Origin: Lingula anatina
Lineage: Eukaryota; Animalia; Brachiopoda
Assembly (NCBI GenBank): GCA_051362555.1
Contig: CM120641.1
Coordinates: forward strand, 48,986,401 to 49,050,400
Reading direction: 5' to 3'
Length of the DNA stretch: 64,000 nt
Below the pieces are notes generated by a model. The model did no database searches. It saw only the letters and a list, made by a program, of their open reading frames with translations, and was not told the origin of the DNA. How positions within the stretch are numbered: the stretch's first letter is position 1; every line of letters begins with the position of its first letter. Positions 35,401 through 49,300 of the stretch are shown in pieces. A program made the position numbers and the translations under genes.

Positions 35401-38400
35401 GAGAGGTAAATATTCCTGGAGAGAATTCCTAGGAGGTCAGACTTCATGAGGATAAAGATAGCATTTTCTACTGGTGATACATACATCTCTGTCTAGGTGA
35501 ACATTTTCCAGGTAATAGAGTACAGGGCTTTTCACAATTTCCTGTCTTAATGAAAAAGATTGAACAAAAGCACAGCGAGCCCAGACTGATGAAAAAGGTT
35601 AAGAAAGTCAGTCACTAATTTGGTGCTTTTGTGGTTGACACTTATTTGAGAATTTGCTGTAAAAATCCTCCAGAACTTTGATGAGCTGCATTAAAAACAA
35701 AAAATCCAGAGTTCATAAATTTTTTAGGAACCCAAAAGATCAAGGTGCTTGAAACAGCATCCCACTTTCCCCAGATTATGAATCAGACCTCACATCTGCC
35801 ACACCTAGACAGCAGGGATGTGAAACACAGACTTGTTTAAAGCAGAAATTTGTTTTAATCAGGAGTTTACAGAAATATGTAGTTTGACAGATATTAATGT
35901 TTTGAAGATTTACATATTGGTTATAAATTAACAATGGTGGAGAGAAAGTTACAAGAGATAGTTTTTCAACTGGAAATAGTCACCATAAAGACGGTAGGTT
36001 ATAAACTGCTTCTTCTTAAACAGTTTTAGGAACAACTTGACAGATGTGGCGGAAAAATTGAATTATGTATTTTCATTCAGTATAAATGTCTGGGTCACTT
36101 TTCTTGGAGAATGATTAGACAACACCAGCCATTTTAACCATATTAATTCCTCTTCAAAATAAGTATATCACATCTTAAAGGGACCGTGCCCAGACCCTAT
36201 CATTTTAACTGTGGATCGGTCTATCTCCAAGGGGATTCTTGCCAAATTGCTTTCAACTTAAGCAGCTTAGATGTCTGTCATGCCTACTGAAGCTGCTAGG
36301 GAATCCTCAGAGATGGATTGATCCTGTTAGTTCAATCTAGGTATAGGAACCCAGTCTAAGCATCACTGAGATGTGTATTCTTCCATATTTCCAGCTCCAG
36401 TCCATGATGTTGGAACTAAAGGATGGATTTGTCCACGCCATGGAGGAACTCTCCAAGATACAGAATGGAGACACCGCTGTACAAGAGCGCTACGAGGCGT
36501 CCAAGGTGGAGCAGGAGAAACAGCTGCAGGACATTAAGGATATGGTGAACTCACTGAAGGTAATGTATCCAGGGGGAGGGGGGGTGCACTGAGCTGTGAG
36601 CCAGGGGAGGTGGGCCACTGTGTTTGCTCAGAACTTTTTTATTAGACATCATTTGTGCAGTTTAAGGGTAAAAAAACATAATAAGCTCTTCTTGTTGAAA
36701 TTGTGTATCATAAGAGTAATCAATTATGAATATTTGCATAGATGGGTATTTTTCATCCAAATCGATATCTTTTTTATTTTCCACTTACAAAAGATCATTA
36801 TGTCTAGGACAGCATACCTGAGTACTCTTGTACCTTGAAATGTGCATTGTATTCCCCCCTCACCTCCCGGGTATATACTCCTCACATGTTAGGTATATAC
36901 ACCTCATCTCTCAGGTATATACACTTCACCTCTCAGGTATAGATACCTGAAGTACAGATCATATCCCAGTGAACTGGTGCAGGTTTTATTCTCATAGCCA
37001 TGTTGGAAACATGCTTAGTGTACAATAAGTAAAGAATAAAACCAGGCACAGACTTGGCTCAGTGTGACTGATACAATAGGAAGGTGCTGAATAACACCAT
37101 TGATTTCACTTGGATGACTCTATGAGGAGCATTCTCTACACTGAGAAGAGTCGATAACTAAGTTCAAGCCTCAGTTGATACAGCTTATTATCCGTGAACT
37201 AAGACTTTGCCACAGCCAGGGGTGTAGATGTATGTACACGGATTTGTTATTTTTTATTGTGGGTTTTTTGGCGATTTTAGTCGTTTGGGTATAATAGGAT
37301 TTCTTCAATTCCGGCACAGTAAAATGGTACCTGCATTGAAATTTTTTAATACTGTATATGATCAACCAATTTGCCTTTTTTCTGAACATCATGTAATTTT
37401 CTACTTAATCCCACAATTTGAATAACTTTTGTGAATTCATGTCTGCTCTCATCTTTTATTTTCTAAGTTTTGTAAATACATAGCTGTCTATGATTGAGTT
37501 GATTTGACTAGTCAGTGTGATCTCTTCTGACATCTGCTACTGGAAATGTTAATGACTTAGAATTATGACTTAGAATTCAGAATTTATTGCAATATTTGTG
37601 TAACATACTTTCTTAAAGTGAACACACCACATGGACCCATAATTGTTATACAGATTTCTGGCCCAAGCAAGAGTAGTCTGATCCAGTAGAGAGAAGATGA
37701 TGCTGCAACCTTCCATCCTTTGGTATGTTTATGAAAAGAGAGAGAGATGTTAGAGATTGGCTTATGTTGCAGAAAAAGTTTCATTTATGAACTATCTCCG
37801 TGATGTTATCCTAACTGTACTGAAGCCTGGAAGAAGCAGTGTAGAGCGTTAAGAATCCCTGGCTGGGCCTGTGATGGTAGTTGATAGAAATTTCTTTGGT
37901 TGACCTTTGCAACAGTGTCTGTAGCAGGGGCAATTTGAGGCTGTTTTCTGGATCTTCTGGAAGATGGTCAGACTTTCAAGTTTACATTGATGGGTATCTA
38001 ATTTTTTCTGTCAGAAGACAGCCAAAAATAGAGAATACTCAACAAAGATAATTTGGAAGTCAGTCAGAAAATAGCTCTGGATCCCCCCCTGTGTAGAACT
38101 TTCTGCTTGATAATGCAAGAAGCTGTATTGAACACCACAGATAACTTTTGACTCACATCTTCTATAAACATGTCAGGCAGGTGGTGTGTCTGCGTATTAG
38201 AGAAAAAAAAACAGAACAGACATTTACTTCTTGCTGGAGTCTTACCTGGAAATTTACCAAATGTTTTAATACACTACTGGCGTCATTGCTTTTACGTTGC
38301 ATAGGAAGATTATTGAATGATCAACATATCAATTTTTCATGCTCTCATTGCATCAGTGATATCTTTTGTTTTTGTTGTTAGCTGTTATAGGTTTTTTTAG

Positions 38401-39427
38401 TCATATATTGCTTATTTGGAGTGCATATTAAGAATAATAAGAAAGATAATTTTTTTCATGCCTTTGGGACTCATTTTAGTGCTTTTGGAAAGTTGAAAAG
38501 ATGTAATAAATGATTTCACAAGCACAAAGTCAGCAATGCTGGAGTCAAAATTTGATATTCGTCACCGCTATCCTTTTATGGATTGGATAATGACAAATAA
38601 GTGAAGCATTAAATGGCTGATAGCAAGCACTGTGCCAGCACCTGGTTCTGTAGTGAGACTTTGTAGTTTGATATGTGACAGAAGTCACGTATTTGTAACT
38701 AGAATATGTCACATATATGACTGTGAAGTGCTCTCTCTTTGCTTCAGAAACCCCACCACCTGCACCTGGCTTTCATCTTGATGATATTTTTCCTTTTGTT
38801 AGTGTCTGAACTAATAGAAAATGTTGAGATCTGCAAGAAGAATTTAGATATTTTTCTTACTCAGAAACTACACAAAAAGCTGCAAGAAATTGAACAGCAG
38901 CATATGAAAAAAGCACTGTCTTTTATATCTCCTGCCACTCTGAGCTGATCAGGACACGGGGATGAACCTGCCATCATATCTCTTATAACTAAGCTAATTT
39001 GGCTCTGTTCACTGTTGTTTTACTATGGAAGGCAAATACAGAGCTTTCCACGACATCTGTATTCTGCCTCTCTGTAGAACACAGAACACTGGTCATGTTG
39101 ATTTCTGTAGAGCACAGAGCTTCAGTAGAACACTGGCCATGTTGCCTGTTCCAGGGGCTCTTCTAGTCTTCTACCAAGTTCTTCAGACTTTGCTGTACCA
39201 GATATATTTTAGTTTTTATAATTTGACATATGAACTGCTTGGAAGACTTGCAGTCAACACAGAGGTATGAGGAATTAGATAATGAGGTAGACTTATCTAG
39301 TCTTCATGAAGGAGTTAGATTATGTGGTCTTAATTATGGAGTTGATACACTGTCATGTTGATAAGATGAGCTTGCAAAATTAGCTAAACGGTCAGTTTCT
39401 CTATATTTGTAATTGTGTTTGCTGTGT

Positions 39428-39511
<84 letters not shown>

Positions 39512-40325
39512 ACATGCACATACATCACAAAGTATTCATAAACTTTCAAACAACATTTGTATAAAGTTTGTTTTCTGTCTCCCTCTCTTTAGGACCAGTT
39601 ATAGATAAAGATTGTTTTATGTCTCCCTCTCTCTAGGACCAGTTATAGATAAAGTTGAATGTGTGCCTTTCTTCCTCTAGGACCAGTTCCAGTCAGTGTC
39701 CAGCCAGGTGATCACAGCTAATGAGAACCAGACTCACCTGAGACATCAGGTAGACAGACTCCAGCAGGAGAGAGAGGTGCTGCTGCAGGAGTTAGAGAGA
39801 TCTGGAGCCATTTCTAACCAACTCAGGTAAAGTTATAGTTATTGTTCTCTAAGCTTGAGAGATCTGGAGCCATATCTAACCAACTCAGGTATGGTAATAG
39901 TTATTGTTGTCTAAGCTGGAGAGATCTGAAGCCATATCTATCCAACTCAAGTATAGTTATAGTTCTTGTTCTCTGAGTTGGAAAGATGCCCCTTCATTGT
40001 AAGCACATATTTTGCATTTTCTTTGCAGCTGCTAAACCACAGAATTCCATACTATACCACAGCCCAGGATCTTTGTACTCACTGTTCCTCTCTTATTTCC
40101 ACTTTTAGGCAGAAGTTTGGTAATGGACTCCATTCTAGCGATGCCAATCATGTGACCAGCGACCATGACAGTGGGGTCGCCACAACGTACCGTCCAGACG
40201 TGTCTTCTCATGGAGACGCAACGCCCCCTATGATCTCGCCCATGGTCCGCCCCTTTATAGCAGGCCTTCAGAATGCTAACCGTAAGTTGATTTAAATTCA
40301 AACATCATTTGGGAAATAATTTAAC

Positions 40326-40375
<50 letters not shown>

Positions 40376-43300
40376 TTTTATGTCTTTTCACACTTTTTAG
40401 ATATCATTTCTTTTCATTTACTATCTGTGCTTAGACTACTACGCTATCATATTATTGTGAACAGTGTTTTATTCATGTTTTTGGATATGTAAGACTCAAA
40501 TTTGATGGGTACCTGTGTCACTTTGAAAATATTTTTTGTATATATAATTTGCAGGTCCTGAAGACAATTTTGAAGAGAATTATGACTCAGATTCATCTCT
40601 GATCGAGGCAGCCAATAAGAGTTTGAATCTCAGCCGTTCACTGGGTCAGAAGTGCCTGGATGTTGACCCGTCCAACTCTAGTGATGGCAGCGATAATGAG
40701 AAAGAAAATGTTTCTTCTGCACAGGTATTGTGCATTAATGTTCCTTGTGTATTGTGTTGTATAGCTATGAAGACACCAATTACCTGGTCTTTTTTCTTTC
40801 CAATATGTGTTATTTGACAAATAATAAGGTTCTGTAAGACTGTTTGATATCAATTTTAAATGATTTCATTTACTTACTGTTAAAGTATGTCTTTTAAAAA
40901 TAGTAGTATATGCAAGACAAATATTTATCACATGTTAAATCACATTAACACATGTTAAATCTTATTATTATTATTACCATTTTATTAAAAATTTCAGGGT
41001 TTTTCATCACCAATGAACAGACACAAAAGTTCATTTTCACCAAAGAAACTTCCACCTCATGAATTATCGATTAGAGAAAGTGCGTATTGAACTGGTAGAA
41101 TTATCACTTAGGTCACCTTTTAACTTTCAAGGCAGTTTTTTTAAAAGTTTTGACCTTTAAGCTTCTCATTTAATTCTAATAATTTTTAAACACATTTTTT
41201 ATCATTTTATTTTCCAATCAAACTTTATTATTATTATTTTACATTGATATCACTCTTAAGAATTTGGACAGAATCCAATTTCTGATGTATATTTTAAATA
41301 TACATACATGATTTTTTTTCCCTTGGAAAAGTGGAATTTTTAATTCTTTTATGATGGTTCCTAAGATTTGTCAAGGTTAGGTGTTGGGCCCCATGATAAA
41401 TGTTCTGAGGTTTTTTTAAACCTATGCTTATGTCTGCATATATAAGCTGAATAAATTAATAATATTATTATCTAGAACTAAATAATGATATCTGTAGTAC
41501 CCAGAGTTTTGATGAAGGTGTGAGACTATACATAAGACAGTTTTTATAATCCATGTTTTCTCTCTCAGCTCAGCGTTCCCGCGTTGCCAGGGAGCTGTTG
41601 GAGACGGAGAGGAAGTACTGTAGCAGCCTCTGGACCATCGTGGACACCTACTGCCAGCCAATCAAACAGTCCGGCTGTACTGGGGCCAAGGACATAAGGT
41701 TGGTGAAATATATAGATTTCTGTACTAGAAATTTCAAACAGTCTGTCTGTACTGGAGCCAAAGACATAGGGATGGTGAAATATGTATACAGAGTTCATAT
41801 CTCCCTTCCTGTAGTCTGATGTTCCTATCTAGTGTGTACAGACTAATGAAATGTATGGATTTCGATATTAGAAATATTATAAAGAGTTCATATCTTTCTT
41901 TCTGTAGCCTGACATTTCCATCTAGTGTGTATGGGCTGATGAAAGATATAGATCTCTGTATTTGAAGTATCTATATAAATGTGACATTTGTCTCCCTATA
42001 GCTTGATGTTCTTGTCCAGTGTGTCCAGACTGTACAGTGTATTAAAAGTATCTATATAAATGTGATATTTCTCTCTCTCCCTATAGCTTGATGTTCTTGT
42101 CCAGTGTGTCCAGACTGTACAGTGTATTAAAAGTATCTATATAAATGTGATATTTCTCTCTCCATATAGCCTGATGTTCCCATCCAGTGTGTCCAGACTG
42201 TACAGTGTGTTAAAAGTATCTATATAAATGTGATATTTCTCTCTCCATATAGCCTGATGTTCCCGTCCAGTGTGTCCAGACTCTACAGTCTTCACTGTAA
42301 CTTGCTGCACAAACTGGAGGAGAAGCTACTATACTGGAAGTGGCAGTGTGGGATTGGAGATGTATTCTCACGGTTTACAGAGACTAATGTGAGGGGTTTT
42401 CTACTATACAGCTGACATTAAAGACAAGATTTCAGTGCCGAGTGTCCATATTTGTAATATTGTGGTTATATAAGAGTATCTGTTTTGGAATATTTTAATA
42501 TTGTCATTAGCATAGCCTTTATAATTTATAATTGTAAGGTATTTATCATTCCCTATATAAGTAATGTTTTGAAATGAGGAAACAATAAGTAAAAGACTTG
42601 GTTATATAGTGTCACAGTTCCGCAATGTACAGAATATTGCCTTGGTTTCAGTCTGAACTCCTGGGCACATACAAGATTTATGTCCATGATTTCCCCACTG
42701 CTATAGGGACCATCAATAAGTGGTACAGACAGTCCAGCAGGTTCAGGAAAGTACTCAAGGTAAAACTAACATCATTCATAATTATATCTGCTCTCATATC
42801 AGCTGTCAACTCTTTCTGAAAACAGTCAGCAATTTTAACACTGGTCAATTGTTGGTTTATTAAAGCAAAGCCTGTAAAAGTTGTAAATATGTTCATTTAT
42901 TGGCCATTGTGTCTGTTTTGGTCCAGTATATTCTTAGACTGTCTAGAAGGGCTAATAGGCACAAACTGGGTATAGGGTAAAAACAACAAGAACACCCGAT
43001 AAAATAAAACTCCCCCCCCCCCCCCCCCCCCAAAAAAAAAAAGAAAGAAAAAAAGTGGTTATTTGGAATTTCAATTGGTCAACATCTTGTCTTCTCCATC
43101 CAGACGTGTCAAAAACAACCAAGCTGTGAGGGTTTGGACTTGACTGCCTTCCTGCTGACCCCCATTCAGAGGATTCCCAGATATGTGTTGTTACTGAAGG
43201 TAGGTCTTAAAGACAACTCTACATGTATAACTTAGGATGTAGTGATGAAATTAGTTTGTGCCTTGACATCCATAAGAAGTTGTTATTTACAACCTTATGA

Positions 43301-46300
43301 ATATCATATAATTATAAGCAGCATAAGTGTTACATCATCTGTTTCAGCAACTGCGTAAGTATACTGACCCTGAGCACCCAGACTATTACTACCTGGAGTC
43401 CGCCTTGGATTGTCTGGGGCACTTCTTGGCTCAGCTGAACAACTCCATTGAGCACTCCATGCAGCTGGTGGGGCTGGACGGGGGTGGGGCCAAACAACAC
43501 AGGTAAGGACACTTGAACTGAAGTGGGGGGTGGAAGGGAAAAACAACACTGGTATGGTGTAGTTTGTTACACATTAGCTGCATTTGAAAGTGATGTTAAA
43601 TGAAAAAAAAAAAACGTCAGGATGTGTTTATACTTGGCATTTAAATCCAATATTTGTTGAGTGGGCAATTTTATAACATTTTCTATAATCTTTTGTAATT
43701 AAAAGCCTTTCAGCTGTTACAATTTGTTTTAGCTGATTTTGGTTTTCATTTCTAAATGTCCTATCATCTCTGTGACAGGAAGCAGAGAAATGCAGCCAGT
43801 CTGCGCAGGTCCAGCTCTAGCAGCCATGATGGTTTTCCTCTGTCCAGTACGACCAGGGACAGCGGTGTCCACTCTGTAGTAGACACACACGGAGGCAGGA
43901 GGTCAGTGGCTCTGCTTTGACCAGTGTGATGATGGGTGTGCCAGTGTGCTGTCATCTTAACTAACACAATCAGAGTGTGATGATGGGTGTGCCAGTGTGC
44001 TGGCATCTCAACTAACACAATCAGAGTGTGATGATGGGTGTGCCAATGTGCTGGCATCTCAACTAACACAATTGGTTTGAAGCTTGTTTTATTTGAGTGG
44101 AATTGATTGGAAGATTCCACATTTAAAATGCTCTTGAAAGTAAATTTTAGAGTTATTAGTACCACCAGCGTGTACGCTGGCGGTACTCATGGTTTTAGTC
44201 CCGACCCGTCTCGTCCGGCTCCGCCGGCTCCGCCGGCTCCGTTGGCTCCGCCGGCTCCGCTGGCTCCGTAAGCTCCGCCGGCTCCGCGTACTGGCGCCGG
44301 ATACAAGTCACCGTTACCGCTTCTCCTCCTAGACCACAAGGACCCCTGTCCCCATCTCTTGGATTTAGGTCACATATAACCTCAACTTGAACCCCCAGGT
44401 TTTTTTGTCTCAGTCGGTGCATTGACCTGGGCGTGACGCTCGTTGCAATGCACCCTTGTCAAAATTTTTGAAAATTCAATGCCAATTATCTACCCTACGG
44501 AAGGAATTATGGGAAAAATTTCTACAGACGGCTTTCCAAAAGTCATATGTGTAGATTTCAAATATGCCCTTGGATTTGACCTTTGACCTTTATTTCAAGG
44601 TCAAACGGGCCAAAATTTTCAAAAAAATGAAATTTTTTACGAAAAAAAATATTATTTGCACTGTTATTCAGACACTACACAGACTTAACCAATAATTATA
44701 TTGGAAAGTGTTACCCTTTGGGTCATCTTTCATCTCCATGAATTTGGGGTCAATCGGTGCATTTTCTTGGGAGTAGCGGCCATAAGATACCGAAACTAAA
44801 AACTGTCTCTAATTCAGGAACCGTTAATGCTAGCGACCCGTTCTTTTTTGCATTATGTAGAGCATGTAAAGCCCAACACTGAGAGTGGTCTCCGTTTTTT
44901 TTGTATTTCAAAGGGTTTTCGTGTTATGCTGTATTAAAAAGTACTTTGTGGTGGCACATTATTGTAACTCGGAATTGTAACATTTAGTCCCTTATATCTC
45001 CAAAACTGGCAGAGGTGGTCAATAGTTATTATTTAAGTTGAATAGGAAGTCATTTACTTGGAATCTAGATGTGACCTTGAAATTGACCTTTGACCTACTT
45101 TTCACTATGAACTGAACTTTGCAAATTTTTGTTCCGTTTAATCTCCAAAACTGGCAGAGATAGGTCCATAGTTACAGTTGAACTTGAATAGGAAGTCATT
45201 AGAGGCAATTTACTCTGACCTTGACGTTGACCTTTGACATACTTTTTATCATGAACTGAACTTTGCAAATTTTTGTTCCCTTTTATCTCCAAAACTGGCA
45301 AAGATTCGCCCATAGTTACTATTGAATTTGATTAGAAAGTCATTAGAGACAATTTATTGTGACCTTAAAATTGACCTTTGACCTACTTTTCACCATGAAC
45401 TGAACTTTGCAAATTTTCATTCCCTTTTATCTCCAAAACTGGCAGAGATAGGTCCATAGTTACTATTGAACTTGAATAGGAAGTCATATACTGGCAATCT
45501 AAGTGTGACCTTGAAATTGACCTTTGACCTACTTTTCATCATGAATTGAACTTTGCAGATTTTCTTTCCCTTTTATCTCCAAAACTGGCAGAGATAGATC
45601 CATAGTTACTATTGAACTTAAATAGGAAGTCATATACTGGCAATATACTGTGACCTTTAAATTGACCTTTGACCTTCCTTTTACTATGAACTGAACTTTG
45701 CAAATTTTCGTTCACCTTTATCTCCAAAACTGACAGAGATAGGTCCATACTTACTATTGAACTTGAATAGGAAGTAATACACTAGCAATCTGTGACCTTG
45801 AAATTGACCTTTGACCTACTTTTTATGATGAACTGCTTTTTGCATGTTTTCTGGCCTTTAAATCTGCAAAATTGGCAAAGAAATGCCCATGGTTGCTATT
45901 GAACTTGAATAGAAATTCATATACTATGATATTGAAATTGACCTTTGACCTACTTTTTCACCATGAACTGAGCTTTGCATATTTTCTTGCCTCTCATATC
46001 TTTAAAACTAGCAGAGATGTGCCCATTGTTTCCCCAAGGTTTTCTCTTTTGTCAGCATATATGCACCATTGACAACACATTTCAAACCAATAGGCCTTTT
46101 GTCTAGAGAATACAGTAGTGATCAAGGGTAGGAAAATGCAAGTCAATTCGAAAATCTGCTTGATTGTACCATTTTTAGTTATATTTTTTTGCATATTTTG
46201 AGAACTCTTGTTGATTGCATCTTATAGAGCTTCTCAAACACAAGACTGGTGATGGTGTCCCTTTTAGGAGGGGGGGGTCCATACGAATGCGCTTACTCCA

Positions 46301-49300
46301 GCTGGTGGTACAATATCCGGAGGCGGTATCGCCTCTCTGATCCTCTAGTTTAAACATGTGAATGAGATGAATAATTCTTCCTATAGCACCACAACCCTGG
46401 TGTTGTTGTCATTTTAAGATGAGGGACATTAGAGATTGAAGTTTGTAGATATCAAAATTATGTATATGGAATGATACCTTGTCTGAGTTAACAACTTACT
46501 AACTTCAGTTATAAATACATAGAATATATTGTTTTTATTTCAAATGTGTTGTTGTGTCTATCAACCACACCCAGTAACTGTATAGTAATTTGCCTGTGGT
46601 CTGTGTTGTTGCACTAACACCAGCTTCACTAACCTATTACTTGTTTCAGATCACATTTAGTCGATTTTTAGTGATTATTTTGTTGAAACCCCACTAACAC
46701 ATGTTTTTGTCAATTACATTGATATTTTATAGGTTTAGAAACTACTTCAGAGAGGCCTACAAAATATTAAAAGGGTATTGAATGGCATTGTGGTATTGAC
46801 TGCTTTGGGATTGTTTATTTTGCTGTTCACCTGTTAGAGCAATAATGTTTTACATTAGTGATTGTGGTGTGTGTGATACTTCCTGCTTTACCATTTTAGC
46901 ATTTTGTTTTATTTATATTAGAAATGAAATATACCCAACTCAGTTATGTTGAAGGTGGTGAGTCTTGTTTAGATAATGAAATGATAATAGTGAGTTGCTG
47001 TGGTGATATGAGTGCATGTAACAGGTCCTGGGGATGGAATAGCAGTTAGAAGTGAGGTCGGGGTATTGTTATTGTTATACATAGCAATAAGACATGAGCA
47101 GTACGTAGGTTTCAGAGGATGTTTGCATGGTCTCTGCAATACAGTATTAGAACAGCATTGAAATTGTTAGGATGGTCCCCAGTATGTAATGTATTTACAG
47201 AAACTTGCATTCATGTATTTTGATAGATAACAGTATATATACCTAGTGTTGTAATAGGTTTTATGATTATCTTAGGAGACCTGACAGTGAAGCAGTAGAA
47301 TACCTTAAATGAACAAAACATAACCTTAATGAAACCATGCTTGCTCATCACTTTTCTCTCAATTCATGTCTTCTTTGTCTTACAAAGAATGTATGTGAGT
47401 GGCACTTAGAACAGTTTGTGTTGATAAAATTGTTTTGTTTCTGAAACTATTAAGTGTTTGATTCAATGAGTGATATTCAAAGTGAATCACTAAAAAAAAT
47501 TTCCCTTGAATATATTTGTAATCAATAAATCCAGATATATTTCTGTATCAAGGAACATCAAAGTTGTCTCTCTGTCTTTCCAGATATCAGTTGTCAGTGT
47601 TCAAGAACCCCGGCAGACAAGTAGGTCACCAGTCAGACAGTAGTGACTTTGCCATGGACCCCCACTCTATTCCCATCCCGCGGGACAAGCACAAGTCTTC
47701 CCATCACATGAATGGAGGCACTGCAAGCCGAGATTCTACGTTTTCACACGACGGCCCAAATTACATCAAGAATAAAAACAGGGACAAGCCACGCAAGTCA
47801 AAGAGCAAGAAGGGGCACAGGAATGAGTTAAGTTTTGAAGCCTTGAGCACAAGTAATGGAACAAGATTCCACGCTGCAGAGGGGGAAGACTATGGCAGTA
47901 ATGGACGGAATAGGAGAAAGAATCTCCGCTCTAAATCTATGGCTGAGCAGATCTCAGAGACGAGTTATCGTAGCAGACTGGCGGAGGGAGGAGAGGAGGA
48001 GTATGGTGAGGCAGGGACAGCAAGGAAGAAGCCCCACAGGTCCAAGTCCAGTACCAGACCTGCCAGTGATTATCTCAGTATCTCCATGAGGGACCTGGTT
48101 GGGGAGACATCTGACGGGAGTCTGGATATGGAGAAAATGGCCCCCGATGGTGCCTCATTTCACCGCAGCTTGCCTCGGTTACCTAAAGACTATGGAATAT
48201 ATGGAGAAGACGACAGTGTCATAGACGAGCCTGCATATATGCCCTCCATGGCCACCAAGGATGTCCCAACCAGGAAAGCTCAGAAACTGGGGCTTATTCA
48301 GAAGTCCAAGAGTCACGGGGATTTTCTTCAAGAGGACGCTGCCAGTCCTACTCAGTCTCATCTGAACATAGTTCTTGCCAGGAGTCTCACAGAAGCCCAT
48401 GTTAACAATATAGGAGAGTCTGGTATTATTACAGATGGTGAGGCCAGTCCTTCACCTCTACGCAAACATTCAATGCAGGTCAACAGGACCGCCATGGTCA
48501 GCCAGCAGGAGTTCCCGGACAGGGTGCGGGAAAATGTCTGGAACGATGACCCTGAGCAAAGTTATGTTCCTCGAGACCCATCACTGGTGAAAGAGGAGAA
48601 GGGAAGAAGAAGGAAGTTGAAAGAGAAGAGGAAAGATCGTCAGAAGCAAGTGGTTGAGAACCTGGCGTCTCGTCCTGTCAGTGGAGGGGGGTTGAAGAAG
48701 AAGAGGTCTCTGAGGGATTCTTTGAGGAATATTTTCTTTCGAAAGAGGTAAGATTGGTATGAATGATGGAAAACTTTAATTAATTGTCCCTGTGAAAAAA
48801 GTGTACAAAAAATTTTGCATAATCAACGTAATTTAGAAATAAAATAATGAAAACATAGGTAGGAAATAAATGCAACATTCACAGTGATTGTATTTTGGGG
48901 GTTTGATGTCCCCACATGGCAACAAAACTTTTCTTATAAAATTTATCCCTGACAATCAGAATACATTATATCATATTGAAGATAAGAAATATGCTTAAAC
49001 TAATTAAATGCATTTTGAAAATGGGGAATAAAAGGTTTGGAATATTTGAATAGAGAAAAGTAAGAGAAATCCTGGTTTATGTGTGCTCTATTCAACTATG
49101 CCTCTTTAGTGGCTATGAGCCCACCATTGATCTCTGCCCTGAGGAGGAAAGTAGTGAGGAAATAATACCCAAGTTTCCTTCTGAAACGAGGGTTTAAGTA
49201 AGTAAGTAAAGCATGGTCGGGAAGTCACACTTTAATATTATACTTCATTTACAAAAGGTTCTGAGCAGCTAGTTATCAGAACAAGATCAGGCGCACTTTG

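Noticed and set aside
40327-40372. Long poly-T tract as a retrocopy tail
   Set aside because: No adjacent SINE/LINE body or TSD was recognised.
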